Positions 12,112-21,089 of a stretch of DNA of 64,000 nucleotides are shown here, piece by piece. The notes beneath the pieces were generated by a model. The model did not search any database. It saw nothing but the letters and a program-made list of their open reading frames with translations, and was not told where the DNA came from. A program made the translations under genes and the position numbers. Source of the stretch: Nibricoccus sp. (GTDB lineage Bacteria; Verrucomicrobiota; Verrucomicrobiia; Opitutales; Opitutaceae); contig JASGHG010000001.1 in assembly GCA_047602425.1 (NCBI GenBank), forward strand, positions 3,776,001 to 3,840,000, read 5' to 3'. Position 1 is the first letter of the stretch. Each line of letters begins with the position of its first letter.

Positions 12112-13313
12112 CGAGAAAAGGCTGAAGGGCTGACAGGCTGAAGGGCTGAAGCGCCGGGAGATTTGAGATTTGAAGAATTTGAAATTTGAGAAGATGGCCG
12201 GTTTGAGTTAGTTCGGCGCAGGAGGGCCGCCAGTAAGAGCAAGGCCAGACTGGGAATTGCGCACCAAGGGAAGAGTTCGGTCGTGATCAGATAGGTCTTG
12301 GCCTTGAACTCGATTTTGCGCGACCGATTGATGGCGTCGAATGCGGACTTGATTGTGCGGTTATCGTCGGCGCGGAAAAAGCGTCCGCCGGTGGTATCGG
12401 CGATGTCGTGAAGTAGTCCTTCATCAAGATCGGAGAAAAAGCGATCGTAGCCGAGCTTGCGGCCATTGACGATGACGGGACGACGCGCCCAGCCGTCTTT
12501 ACCCGCGCCGATTGTATAAACAGGGATACCGCGAGATTTGGCAATTCCGGCTGCTTGATCTGGAGGCAAAGTGCTGAGCGTTCGTCTCTGGCCATCCTTT
12601 TCAATTATAGATTCGCGCCCATCTGTTAGAAGAATGACGAAGGCGCCTTTGCGTCGACCGCCCTCTTCGTGCGAAGCCTGTTCGAGGCGGGTGAGAGCCA
12701 CGCCGAGCCCGTCGCCAATCGCGGTGCCATCTTCAATGATGCCGGTTTGAATGCGTTCGGTTTGCCGGGAGAGCCAGTCGTGGTCAAAGGTAAGCGGCGC
12801 CATCGTGTAAGCGCGCCCGGAAAACACGACGAGGCCAATCCGATCGTTGGAGCGCTCTTCGATGAAGGCTTGAATAACTGGTTTTACCGCTTGCAGGCGG
12901 TTGATGGGTTGACCGTTTTTTTCGTAGTCCTCCGCCAGCATTGAGCTGGAAATGTCGATCGCGAGCATGAGGTCGTAGCCTTCGGAGCGGACCTCGCGTT
13001 TGTCATGCACTGTTTGAGGACGGGCGAGCGCGACGATGAGCAGGGTAATGCCGGCGGCGGCGAGGATTTCGGGCCAACGCGAAACGGTGGTGAAAGACTT
13101 GCGGTGCCACGAAGAAGCAAAAGGTACAACTAACACGGGTACGCGCCGCCGCCCACGCATCCAAATCACGATGGGGATGAGAAGCAGGGCGAAGAGCCAT
13201 TCCGGATTTGCGAGGCGCAAATCCAAAGTTCCAAGTGGCAAGTTCCAAGTGCCAAGAATCGAGCCGCCTAAAGGAGCGGTCAGATTTTGCAGCGCATGGA
13301 TCGGTGTACTCAT
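12108..13313 (-). CDS. batA: vWA-domain protein BatA
   Basis: ALARPQ, DISSSM (MIDAS), DRIGLVVFSG, GTAIGDGL, LLTDG. Start re-placed at ATG 13313 to avoid overlapping DUF58. Confidence 0.85.
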   Translation of the reverse strand: MSTPIHALQNLTAPLGGSILGTWNLPLGTLDLRLANPEWLFALLLIPIVIWMRGRRRVPVLVVPFASSWHRKSFTTVSRWPEILAAAGITLLIVALARPQTVHDKREVRSEGYDLMLAIDISSSMLAEDYEKNGQPINRLQAVKPVIQAFIEERSNDRIGLVVFSGRAYTMAPLTFDHDWLSRQTERIQTGIIEDGTAIGDGLGVALTRLEQASHEEGGRRKGAFVILLTDGRESIIEKDGQRRTLSTLPPDQAAGIAKSRGIPVYTIGAGKDGWARRPVIVNGRKLGYDRFFSDLDEGLLHDIADTTGGRFFRADDNRTIKSAFDAINRSRKIEFKAKTYLITTELFPWCAIPSLALLLLAALLRRTNSNRPSSQISNSSNLKSPGASALQPVSPSAFSR

Positions 13314-13347
13314 CCTGATACTTGTTACTTGGACCTTAATACTTGTT

Positions 13348-14247
13348 TTAACGATGCATTCTCGCGTGGAAGAAGCGGACCAGCGCGTCGAGGCAGTTTT
13401 CCTCGGTCGTGATCGCGAGGCGGCTGAGCGGATCGGGGAAGAGCGCCTGCCAGGCTTGCTCGCGTTCGGCGCGCCATGCGGCGTGGGCCTGACGTTCGGC
13501 ACTGGAACCAGACAACGTCACCAAGCGGCCTTGGACCGGGTCGTATGCGGCAAAGGTTTCGCCCGAGGGCAGGTCTCGTTCCCACGGGTCGTCGACGCGG
13601 AAGCCCATGGTTTGGTAACGACGTTGCATGACCGACCAGCCTTCGGGAGCGGGCGCGGGTGGAAAATCGCCAAGCCAGATGAGTACGCTGTGCTTCGGCG
13701 CGGAACTGGCGACGAGGCGCCAGGGTATGCTTGTTTCCGGCGTCTGGTTGTTGTTGGCGAAATCCGGCGCGCCGCGTCCGATGAGCGTCGAGGCGGCGTG
13801 CATGATAGCGCCGCGTCCGCGGACGGGCTCGCGAAAGACGTAGCCGTCAGGTCGGGCATGAAGGTAGCCAACACGGTCGCGGTTGACGGCGCCGAGCATC
13901 ATAACGAGGCCGGCGAGTTCGAGGAGAGCCTCGCGTTTCGATTGGGCGCCCGAGCCGAATTGGAGGCTGGGGGTATCGTCGAGCACGATCATCAGCGTGA
14001 CCTCGCGTTCTTCGACGAATTTCTTGCGGTAGGGTTCGCCGAGGCGCGCAGTGACATTCCAATCGATGTCTCGGACATCGTCGCCAAAGGAATATTTCAC
14101 AACCTGGTCGAATTCCATGCCGCGCCCGCGAAAGGCCGAGCGATATTCGCCGCTGAGCACATTCTCCACGGCATGGCGCACGCGCCATTCCAACTGACGC
14201 AGAATGGCCAGCGAAGCAGTGGAGGTGTTTGTTGGTTCGGCAGGCAT
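13348..14247 (-). CDS. DUF58 domain protein
   Basis: GEYRSAFRGRGMEF, GDDVRDIDWNVTAR, EERE; follows the MoxR ATPase. Confidence 0.9.
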   Translation of the reverse strand: MPAEPTNTSTASLAILRQLEWRVRHAVENVLSGEYRSAFRGRGMEFDQVVKYSFGDDVRDIDWNVTARLGEPYRKKFVEEREVTLMIVLDDTPSLQFGSGAQSKREALLELAGLVMMLGAVNRDRVGYLHARPDGYVFREPVRGRGAIMHAASTLIGRGAPDFANNNQTPETSIPWRLVASSAPKHSVLIWLGDFPPAPAPEGWSVMQRRYQTMGFRVDDPWERDLPSGETFAAYDPVQGRLVTLSGSSAERQAHAAWRAEREQAWQALFPDPLSRLAITTEENCLDALVRFFHARMHR

Positions 14248-14259
14248 TGATTGGCTAAA

Positions 14260-14355
14260 AATCTTTCTTCTTTATCTTAATCTTTCTCTTTCTCCCGGTT
14301 CGGATGTTTGCGGCGTCGCTGAGAGAAAGATAAAGAGAACGAGAAAGAATAAAGA
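14260..14355. repeat. Inverted pair of ~6-bp-period TCTTTC/GAAAGA microrepeat arrays
   Basis: ATCTTTCTTCTTTATCTTAATCTTTCTCTTTCTC ... GAGAGAAAGATAAAGAGAACGAGAAAGAATAAAGA in the MoxR-DUF58 spacer. Confidence 0.7.
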
Positions 14356-14364
14356 CTGTTGAGG

Positions 14365-15339
14365 TCAGAGCTTCGGCACCGGGGTTTTTTCCAAGACCTG
14401 ACCGATGAGTTTGTCGGCGTTGATTTCCTCGGCCTCGGCTTCGTAGGTCAGGCCGATGCGATGACGGAGAACGTCGGGGGCGATATCCTGAATCAACGAA
14501 GGACTCACGAAGTCCTGCCCGCGCAACCAGGCGAGCGCACGGCCGGCTTGGAAAAGGGCGAGCGAGGCGCGGGGCGAAGCGCCAAAGTTAAGGTATTTCT
14601 TTCCCGGTTGGAGCTGGTTGCGTGGGTCGGTCGCCAGCGCGCGGGTGGCATGAACGAGCGCGAGAATGTAGCCTTGAAGGGCGGGCGCGACATGGACCTT
14701 GTCGACCTCGGTGCGGAGCGAAAGCAGTTCTTCGCCGGAGGAGACGGCTTCGAGCGCGGGTTGTTTTGTGACCTGGCCCCAGCGGGTCATCATCTCGGTT
14801 TCCTCGGCGAGGCTCGGGTAGTCGACGAGCAATTTGAAAAGAAAGCGATCGGTCTGCGCTTCAGGCAGCGGGTAGGTACCTTCCTGTTCGACGGGATTTT
14901 GCGTGGCCATCACGAAAAAGGGCTTTGGAAGTGGATGGGTTTGCCCGCCGATCGTGACTTGGCGCTCCTGCATGGCTTCGAGCAAAGCGCTTTGGACCTT
15001 GGCGGGGGCGCGATTGATTTCGTCGGCCAGCACGAGATTGGCGAAGACCGGGCCGCGGTGCGCGGTGAACTCGCCGGTTTTTGGCTGAAAGATCATGGTT
15101 CCGACGACGTCGCTTGGCAGCAGATCGGGCGTGAACTGTATCCGCTCAAATTGGACGCCGAGGGCGGTGCCGAGCGATTTGACGAGGAGGGTTTTGGCGA
15201 GACCGGGCATGCCTTCGAGAAGGACATGTCCGTTGGCCAGGAGGGCAACGAGCAGGCGTTCCACGACTGCATCCTGACCGATGACTGCTTTGCCGATTTC
15301 TTCGCGGAGTTTTTGTGACCAAACGGGGCCGGTGATCAT
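14365..15339 (-). CDS. moxR: MoxR-family AAA+ ATPase
   Basis: GHVLLEGMPGLAKT, RIQFTPDLLPSD, LADEINRAPAKVQSALLEAM, ATQNPVEQEGTYPLPEAQTDRF, GASPRAS. Confidence 0.95.
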   Translation of the reverse strand: MITGPVWSQKLREEIGKAVIGQDAVVERLLVALLANGHVLLEGMPGLAKTLLVKSLGTALGVQFERIQFTPDLLPSDVVGTMIFQPKTGEFTAHRGPVFANLVLADEINRAPAKVQSALLEAMQERQVTIGGQTHPLPKPFFVMATQNPVEQEGTYPLPEAQTDRFLFKLLVDYPSLAEETEMMTRWGQVTKQPALEAVSSGEELLSLRTEVDKVHVAPALQGYILALVHATRALATDPRNQLQPGKKYLNFGASPRASLALFQAGRALAWLRGQDFVSPSLIQDIAPDVLRHRIGLTYEAEAEEINADKLIGQVLEKTPVPKL

Positions 15340-15421
15340 GAGTGAATTATTGGACCTTGTTGAAGGTGGGTTTGACTCTGAAAGCACGAAAGAGTTTCGC
15401 TAATGTCTGAAAGGGCACCAG

Positions 15422-15817
15422 ATGAATCTGCCAACGCAAATCCAAAGAAGAGTCGACATGTTGGGCATCCTTCCGGCCGACGTGGAGGAAAAATTTGTGC
15501 GCGGATCGGGACCGGGTGGGCAAAAGATCAACAAAACCTCCTCTACGGTGTGGTTGAAGCACCGGCCGACGGGCATCGAGGTCCGCGTGCAACAAGAGCG
15601 TTCGCAGGCGGCGAACCGCGAGTTGGCCTGGACGGAACTCTGTGCGAAACTGGAAACCTCCCTGCGCCAAGCCGAAGCCGCGCGGCAACAGGCGCGCGAA
15701 AAGGAGCGGCGGCGCAAACGCCCCAAAAGCTACGCCCAAAAACAGCGAATGATCGCGTCGAAGCGGCATCGGAGCATGGCGAAAGGAATGCGCGGACGGG
15801 TCGCGGGCGAAGAGTAA
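15422..15817 (+). CDS. Codon-independent peptidyl-tRNA hydrolase-like RF-1 domain protein (GGQ; ArfB/C12orf65-like)
   Basis: EKFVRGSGPGGQKINKTSS, QERSQAANRELA and a basic C-terminal tail; 131 aa with no codon-recognition domains. Confidence 0.85.
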   Translation: MNLPTQIQRRVDMLGILPADVEEKFVRGSGPGGQKINKTSSTVWLKHRPTGIEVRVQQERSQAANRELAWTELCAKLETSLRQAEAARQQAREKERRRKRPKSYAQKQRMIASKRHRSMAKGMRGRVAGEE

Positions 15818-15964
15818 CGCGTTGGCCGTCGATGCGATTTTGGCAGGGATTTTACCTCAGCGTTATCGCCTTGGCGTCGAACGTCTGTAATGAAAACTGA
15901 AATACGTTCGCAGCCGTCGCTTCGAGAGGAACAACGGCGCGGTGAGCGGTTCAAATATTTTTCC

Positions 15965-16396
15965 ATGCTTCCGAGTCCCCTGCGCATCTTCGTTTTTTCA
16001 TCCGTGCTTTTGCTCGCGGCGTGTTCGACCGCGCCGAAGAAAGGACAGCCATTGCCCACTCCGCACCCGTCGTCACAACCGGAAAAGAACGTGTTGTATT
16101 CGCCGGAAAAGACGCCGGCGTTGAAGGCGGGCGAATACGCGATCTGGGTCGAATCCGATCCCAAGGGCGGCATCGTGGTCATCGATGGCACGCCGGTCGG
16201 CCGCACGCCTCAGCAAATCGTGGTGAACGGGACCGCCCGTGGATTTTTCCACGACAATGTTTCGATCAAAGTTCGTTTTGTCGCGACCGACTCGGATCAC
16301 ACATCGCAGACCGTCGAGGAGGTTTTGACGCCGCTCGACAAGATTCCAGCCCGCGTGCGTTTCACCGCGCAAGGAGCGATGCGCGTGGCGCGGTGA
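15965..16396 (+). CDS. PEGA-domain lipoprotein
   Basis: LLLAAC lipobox; VESDPKGGIVVIDGTPVGRTP PEGA motif. Confidence 0.75.
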   Translation: MLPSPLRIFVFSSVLLLAACSTAPKKGQPLPTPHPSSQPEKNVLYSPEKTPALKAGEYAIWVESDPKGGIVVIDGTPVGRTPQQIVVNGTARGFFHDNVSIKVRFVATDSDHTSQTVEEVLTPLDKIPARVRFTAQGAMRVAR

Positions 16397-16476
16397 GGAT
16401 ATAGGGAGTAAGGTCGCTGGAGATGGTTTTACTGTGGAATTCAGGACCGCTGAACAAGCTTTCCGAGGGCGACCTA

Positions 16477-16815
16477 TTAAAACAGCGCGTCAAAAATGTA
16501 GGAGACATCGACTCCATTGAGCGCTGCTTCCACGGTCTTTTTGATTCCAAAAACTGCACCGAGTACAGTAAGCCCACCAAGAGCAAAAAGGAGAAGGGCG
16601 AGCCATCCTATATCTTCTCTTGAAGCGAACAAACCAGAGGTAACTAGGAGCACGCCACCAAATGCGACGAGCACGCGTTTCCACGGCTCCAATGTTTGTA
16701 CGCGCAAGTTTGCGCAATTTTCTTTTCGCAGCGAGGACTGGCCGCGATCAATCGCTTTCTGAGCCTCACGCAGGGCTTGCTGCTCGATGTACCTTTTGTG
16801 TGATTCGGTGCTCAC
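16477..16815 (-). CDS. Hypothetical two-TM membrane protein
   Basis: 112-aa ORF with two hydrophobic segments, directly downstream of the ArsR-methyltransferase gene. Confidence 0.55.
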   Translation of the reverse strand: MSTESHKRYIEQQALREAQKAIDRGQSSLRKENCANLRVQTLEPWKRVLVAFGGVLLVTSGLFASREDIGWLALLLFALGGLTVLGAVFGIKKTVEAALNGVDVSYIFDALF

Positions 16816-16831
16816 CGATTTTTTGAGTGTT

Positions 16832-17761
16832 TCACTTCACCCCGCTCGCGAGCAACGTTTCGAAGTGCGGCTCGGCGGGTTCCTGGGCGACGGTGGTGAC
16901 TTCGACTTGTTCGAAACCGGCTTTTTTTAGGAAGCCATGCAGCGCGTTTTCTTTGAAACCCAACCAGACGTCCGCATAGAGTTCTCGGGCCTTTTCGAAC
17001 GTGTGGCTCTTTAAATCGAGGACGAGGACCTGGCCACCGGGGCGGAGGATGCGATGGGCTTCGTCGATCGCTTTTTGCGGATGCTGGGCGTGGTGCAGCG
17101 CCTGACTGAGAATCGCGAGGTCCACCGAACCTTCGTCCAGAGGGACGTTTTCGATGTCACCGAGTTTGTAGGCGAGATTGGACAGATTGTTCTTGGCGGC
17201 GAGTTCGGTGCCGACTTCAACCATGCGCGGGGAATTGTCGATGCACCAGACATGAGCGGCGCGGCGGGCGAGGAGTTGCGAGATGAGTCCTTCGCCGGCA
17301 CCGAGGTCAGCGATGGTGATGGCGGGCGTGAGGCGGAGCGCGAGGTGACCAATGGCCTCCCACGACCGACCGGGGCAATAGTTTTTGCCGAGCTTGCCCG
17401 CGATGAGATTGAAATAGGATTCCGACTGCTGACGGCGACGGACGAGAATGCGGTCGAGATTGGCACGGTCTTCGGCGAGTTCAGGCAGGCCGGCGACGGC
17501 GTTGCAGGCGGTGCTGATGAGCAGGTGTTGGTTGGGGTCGAGCTGCGGCGGGATCGAGTAGAAAGCTTTGCGTCCATCGCGGCGGTCAATCACGAGATCG
17601 GCCTGGCGCAAGAGGGCGAGTTGCGACGATATGCGCGACTGGGCCATGCCGAGGATCTCCTGCAACTCGGCGACCGAGAGTTCCTCGTGCAGAAGCAGCG
17701 CTAGCAGGCGCACGCGCGTCGGGTCGGAGAGGACTTTGAGTGTATCCCAGGATGCTTTCAC
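16832..17761 (-). CDS. ArsR HTH + SAM-dependent methyltransferase domain regulator (SahR-like)
   Basis: LSDPTRVRLLALL..ELSVAEL..SRISSQLALLR HTH; ADLGAGEG SAM motif; ALHHA, RILRPGG. Confidence 0.88.
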   Translation of the reverse strand: MKASWDTLKVLSDPTRVRLLALLLHEELSVAELQEILGMAQSRISSQLALLRQADLVIDRRDGRKAFYSIPPQLDPNQHLLISTACNAVAGLPELAEDRANLDRILVRRRQQSESYFNLIAGKLGKNYCPGRSWEAIGHLALRLTPAITIADLGAGEGLISQLLARRAAHVWCIDNSPRMVEVGTELAAKNNLSNLAYKLGDIENVPLDEGSVDLAILSQALHHAQHPQKAIDEAHRILRPGGQVLVLDLKSHTFEKARELYADVWLGFKENALHGFLKKAGFEQVEVTTVAQEPAEPHFETLLASGVK

Positions 17762-17831
17762 CGAACCGTACCGTGTCGGGAAGAAGCGGCGGGGTCAATA
17801 AGCGTTCGCGCGGCCCGACCGAGGCCAGCCT

Positions 17832-18458
17832 TCACCGTACTTGCAGCGTCCACTGGCGGGAATTTTGCGAGCCGATCAGGCGGACTTGGTAGGTGCCGGG
17901 CTTAAGCGTGCCGCCGGGGATGGTGACGAGCACGGGGTTGTCGCGGCTGCGGGCGAGCAGTTCGCCGCCGATTTTTTCGAAGCTGGCGACGATGGCGAGG
18001 TCTTCGTTTTTCAAATACACATACGTTTCTTCAACGGTGGATTTTTTGTCGGGCAGCGTGCAGGTGAACTGAAACGCGTAGGGCATCAGCGACGCCACCT
18101 CGGCCGGCGCGGCGACGCTGGAAAAACTTTCGGGCAACGCGGGTTTGTCGATCAACGTTTCGGCGAGTTCAGTGGGAATGCCGCCGGGAATGATTTGATG
18201 CGTGGCGAAGGTATTGCCGAGGCGAGCGGCGGAATTTTTCGGGTCAGCGGGCAGGGAGATGGTCGCGGCGATGCGCTGATAGCCGGCTTCCTGAAGCCGT
18301 TGGACGGTGGCGCGATCCTTGGCGTCCTTGTAGGGTTGGTGGGCGACGCCGGGTTTACGGTAGCGGATTGTGATGAAAGTGTAGCCAACAATGAAAACGA
18401 GGATCGAGATCACGATCCATTTCATGGGCCAAGGTTTCTGATTTGGGCGGGCTGGCAT
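17832..18458 (-). CDS. Hypothetical membrane-anchored protein
   Basis: PWPMKWIVISILVFIVGYTFI anchor followed by a globular region; divergent from proS. Confidence 0.65.
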   Translation of the reverse strand: MPARPNQKPWPMKWIVISILVFIVGYTFITIRYRKPGVAHQPYKDAKDRATVQRLQEAGYQRIAATISLPADPKNSAARLGNTFATHQIIPGGIPTELAETLIDKPALPESFSSVAAPAEVASLMPYAFQFTCTLPDKKSTVEETYVYLKNEDLAIVASFEKIGGELLARSRDNPVLVTIPGGTLKPGTYQVRLIGSQNSRQWTLQVR

Positions 18459-18543
18459 GCGCGTCGGGGAGGTAAGGGCGGCGCGGGCTGTGTCGCAAAT
18501 ACATTTGCGCCGGGGCGGAGTGGCTGTTTCGTTGGCCGACTTT

Positions 18544-20310
18544 ATGAAGTATTGGTCGCAGTTTTTCATTCCCACCCTCAAGGAAAGTCCGGCTGACGCC
18601 GAAATCGCTTCGCACAAACTCCTCGTGCGTGCGGGCCTCGTTCGCAAGCTGGGCGGCGGCCTCTACACCTTCATGCCATTCGGCCTTCGCGCGCTGCAAA
18701 AGATCACGCAACTTTGTCGCGAAGAAATGGACCGCGCCGGCGCGATCGAGCTCTGGATGCCGCATGTGCATCCGGTTGAACTTTGGGAACAAGGTCCACG
18801 CTGGGCTGCGGCGCGCGAAATCATGTTCCGCGCCGATACCGCCGGCGCCGGCAAAGGGCGTTCGAAAGAGCCCGAATTTGTTCTTGGCCCGACGCACGAG
18901 GAAATCATCACGCCCCTCGTGAAAACCGAAATCACGAGCTACCGCGATCTGCCGAAGAACTTTTATCAAATTGCCACAAAATTCCGTAACGAGATTCGTC
19001 CGCGCTACGGCCTGATGCGTGCGCGTGAGTTTGTGATGATGGATTCGTACTCCTTCGACACGACCGACGACGGCGCGGTGAAGAGCTACTTCAACATGAA
19101 GGAGGCCTACGAGAAATTCTTCAAACGCGTGGGAGTGCTCTCGATTCCCGTCGAGGCCGACACGGGCGTGATGGGCGGTAGCTTCTCCCATGAATTCATG
19201 GTTCCTGCCGAAGTGGGCGACGACGACATCATCTACTGCGAGGAAAGCGGCTACGCGGCCAACCGCGAAAAAGCCACCAGTGGCCTCGTGCCGAAAGATC
19301 TTACTGACGCGGCGCCGGTTGGCGCGGTCGAGGAGTTCGCCACGCCCGGCGTCGTGACCATCGCGGCGCTCGAAGCGACGCCGTATTCAGTTCCTGGCGA
19401 CAAGCAATTCAAGACCCTCGTCTTCATTGGCGACGGCAAGCCTTTTGTCGTCATTCTTCGCGGCAGCGACGAACTCGAGGAAGCCAAACTCGGCTCGCTT
19501 GGCTTCACTCTGTTCCGTCCGGCCACGCCGGAAGAGATCGAACCCGTCCTCGGCGCCAAACCTGGCAGCCTCGGCGCGGTCAATGGCACGATCAAAAATC
19601 CGTCCGCGCTCGCCGGCATTTTCGCCGATCACGCCATCCGCCTTGTCGGCAACGGCACGACCGGCGCCAACAAAGACGGTTTCCACCTGCGCAACGTCAA
19701 CGTCACGCGTGACCTCGCGATCACGAAGTTTGGCGATTTCCGGCGCGTGCGCGCGGGCGAACCCTGCCCGAAATCCGGCCAGCCGCTCAAGGTCCGCCGC
19801 GGCATCGAGGTCGGCCACATTTTCAAACTCGGCACGAAATACTCCGAGAAGTTCGAAGCCGTTTTCACGGACGATCAAAAGCAGTCGCACCTCATGGTCA
19901 TGGGCTGCTACGGCATCGGTATCAGCCGCACCATGCAGGCCGTGATCGAGCAAAGCCACGATAACGACGGCATCATCTGGCCGTGGAATGTCGCACCTTT
20001 CCACGTGCTCGTCTGTTTGCTTGATCCGCAGCTGCCCGAAGCCGCCGAACTCGCGAAAAAGATCGGTGCCGCCGCTGAAAAGGCCGGTGCGGACGTGCTG
20101 ATCGACGATCGCGTCGAGCGCCCAGGCGTAAAATTCAAGGACGCCGACCTCATTGGCGTCCCGCTGCGCATCACGATCGGTGGCAAAGGTCTCAAGGAAG
20201 GCGTCATCGAAATGAAATGGCGCAACCAAAAAGACATCGCCAAGATCGCCGTGGCCGAAGCCGAAGCGAAGATCGCCGCCGCCGTGACCGAAGCCGCCGC
20301 CAAGGCCTGA
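18544..20310 (+). CDS. proS: Proline--tRNA ligase (with INS editing domain)
   Basis: ASHKLLVRAG, LGPTHEE, KFRNEIRPRYGLMRAREF, GIEVGHIFKLGTKYS, MGCYGIG, GVKFKDADLIG. Confidence 0.97.
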   Translation: MKYWSQFFIPTLKESPADAEIASHKLLVRAGLVRKLGGGLYTFMPFGLRALQKITQLCREEMDRAGAIELWMPHVHPVELWEQGPRWAAAREIMFRADTAGAGKGRSKEPEFVLGPTHEEIITPLVKTEITSYRDLPKNFYQIATKFRNEIRPRYGLMRAREFVMMDSYSFDTTDDGAVKSYFNMKEAYEKFFKRVGVLSIPVEADTGVMGGSFSHEFMVPAEVGDDDIIYCEESGYAANREKATSGLVPKDLTDAAPVGAVEEFATPGVVTIAALEATPYSVPGDKQFKTLVFIGDGKPFVVILRGSDELEEAKLGSLGFTLFRPATPEEIEPVLGAKPGSLGAVNGTIKNPSALAGIFADHAIRLVGNGTTGANKDGFHLRNVNVTRDLAITKFGDFRRVRAGEPCPKSGQPLKVRRGIEVGHIFKLGTKYSEKFEAVFTDDQKQSHLMVMGCYGIGISRTMQAVIEQSHDNDGIIWPWNVAPFHVLVCLLDPQLPEAAELAKKIGAAAEKAGADVLIDDRVERPGVKFKDADLIGVPLRITIGGKGLKEGVIEMKWRNQKDIAKIAVAEAEAKIAAAVTEAAAKA

Positions 20311-20331
20311 TAAAACTGACTCTCTGAAGAG

Positions 20332-20448
20332 TAACCACTTATTGTCACTGAAGGTCACTAATGCATGTGCCCTGGACCGAGTTTCCACATGCCTCGCCGC
20401 TGTTTTATTTCCTTTGTATCAGTGTCTATCAGTGAACATCAGTGGTTA
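20332..20448. mobile_element. Gene-less inverted-repeat element with three 10-bp-period CACTRAT-like units per end
   Basis: TAACCACTTATTGTCACTGAAGGTCACTAAT (20332-20362) ... ATCAGTGTCTATCAGTGAACATCAGTGGTTA (20418-20448); same architecture as the GxxExxY termini. Confidence 0.6.
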
Positions 20449-20473
20449 AAGAATAGTTTGTAGAATAAATCGC

Positions 20474-20779
20474 GTGCCCGAAAATCCGAACACATCGCCG
20501 ACACCTGTTGCGCATCCAGAGACCGAGCTTGAGCTGCATGGTCTCTGGAAAGTGGTTGTGCTGAATGATCCGGTGAACCTCATGTCTTACGTCGTGATGG
20601 TTTTCCGCAAAGTCTTCGGTTTCGATGAGCCAACGGCACGCAAACACATGATGGAAGTGCATGAGCAAGGTCGTTCGGTCGTGTGGACGGGCCTGCGCGA
20701 AAAAGCCGAGGCCTACGCCTTCACGCTGCACCAGTGGCACCTCACCGCGATCATCGAGCCCGACGAGGCGACGCACTGA
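20474..20779 (+). CDS. clpS: ATP-dependent Clp protease adaptor ClpS
   Basis: WKVVVLNDPVNLMSYVV, MMEVHEQGRSVV, EKAE. Confidence 0.92.
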   Translation: MPENPNTSPTPVAHPETELELHGLWKVVVLNDPVNLMSYVVMVFRKVFGFDEPTARKHMMEVHEQGRSVVWTGLREKAEAYAFTLHQWHLTAIIEPDEATH

Positions 20780-20801
20780 CGCTCACGAGGTTTGTTTCCG
20801 A

Positions 20802-20827
20802 GGTGGAGCGCGCCGTTCCGGCGCGCT
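20802..20827. repeat. Single REP-like hairpin
   Basis: GGTGGAGCGCGCCGTTCCGGCGCGCT: GTGG plus an 8-9 bp stem, same style as the 7658 REP. Confidence 0.6.
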
Positions 20828-20849
20828 GTTCGGATTCGATCTTTTTTTT

Positions 20850-21067
20850 ACCGCTAATGGAGTTTCCTCAAAGAGGAAACTTACTTGGTGTGCTTCGCCT
20901 AATCGGCTCAGCCAACCTGTTAAGGGGCCGGCTGATCGCAAGCCGGTTTGAAAATGGATGTATTACTCACCCGGTCTGCGATTAGCAGACCCCGCAACTT
21001 ACTCCGTAGGCGATCAGCCGGAGGGGATCTCTAAAGTTTTCCCCATTGGGAAAACTCCATTAGCGGT
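20850..21067. mobile_element. ~220-bp fold-back (MITE-like) element with ACCGCTAATGGAGTTT termini
   Basis: 16-bp perfect terminal inverted repeat, each end carrying its own hairpin, plus an internal IR CCGGCTGATCGC/GCGATCAGCCGG. Confidence 0.65.
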
Positions 21068-21089
21068 TCCAAAAACGGATCGAAAAAAA

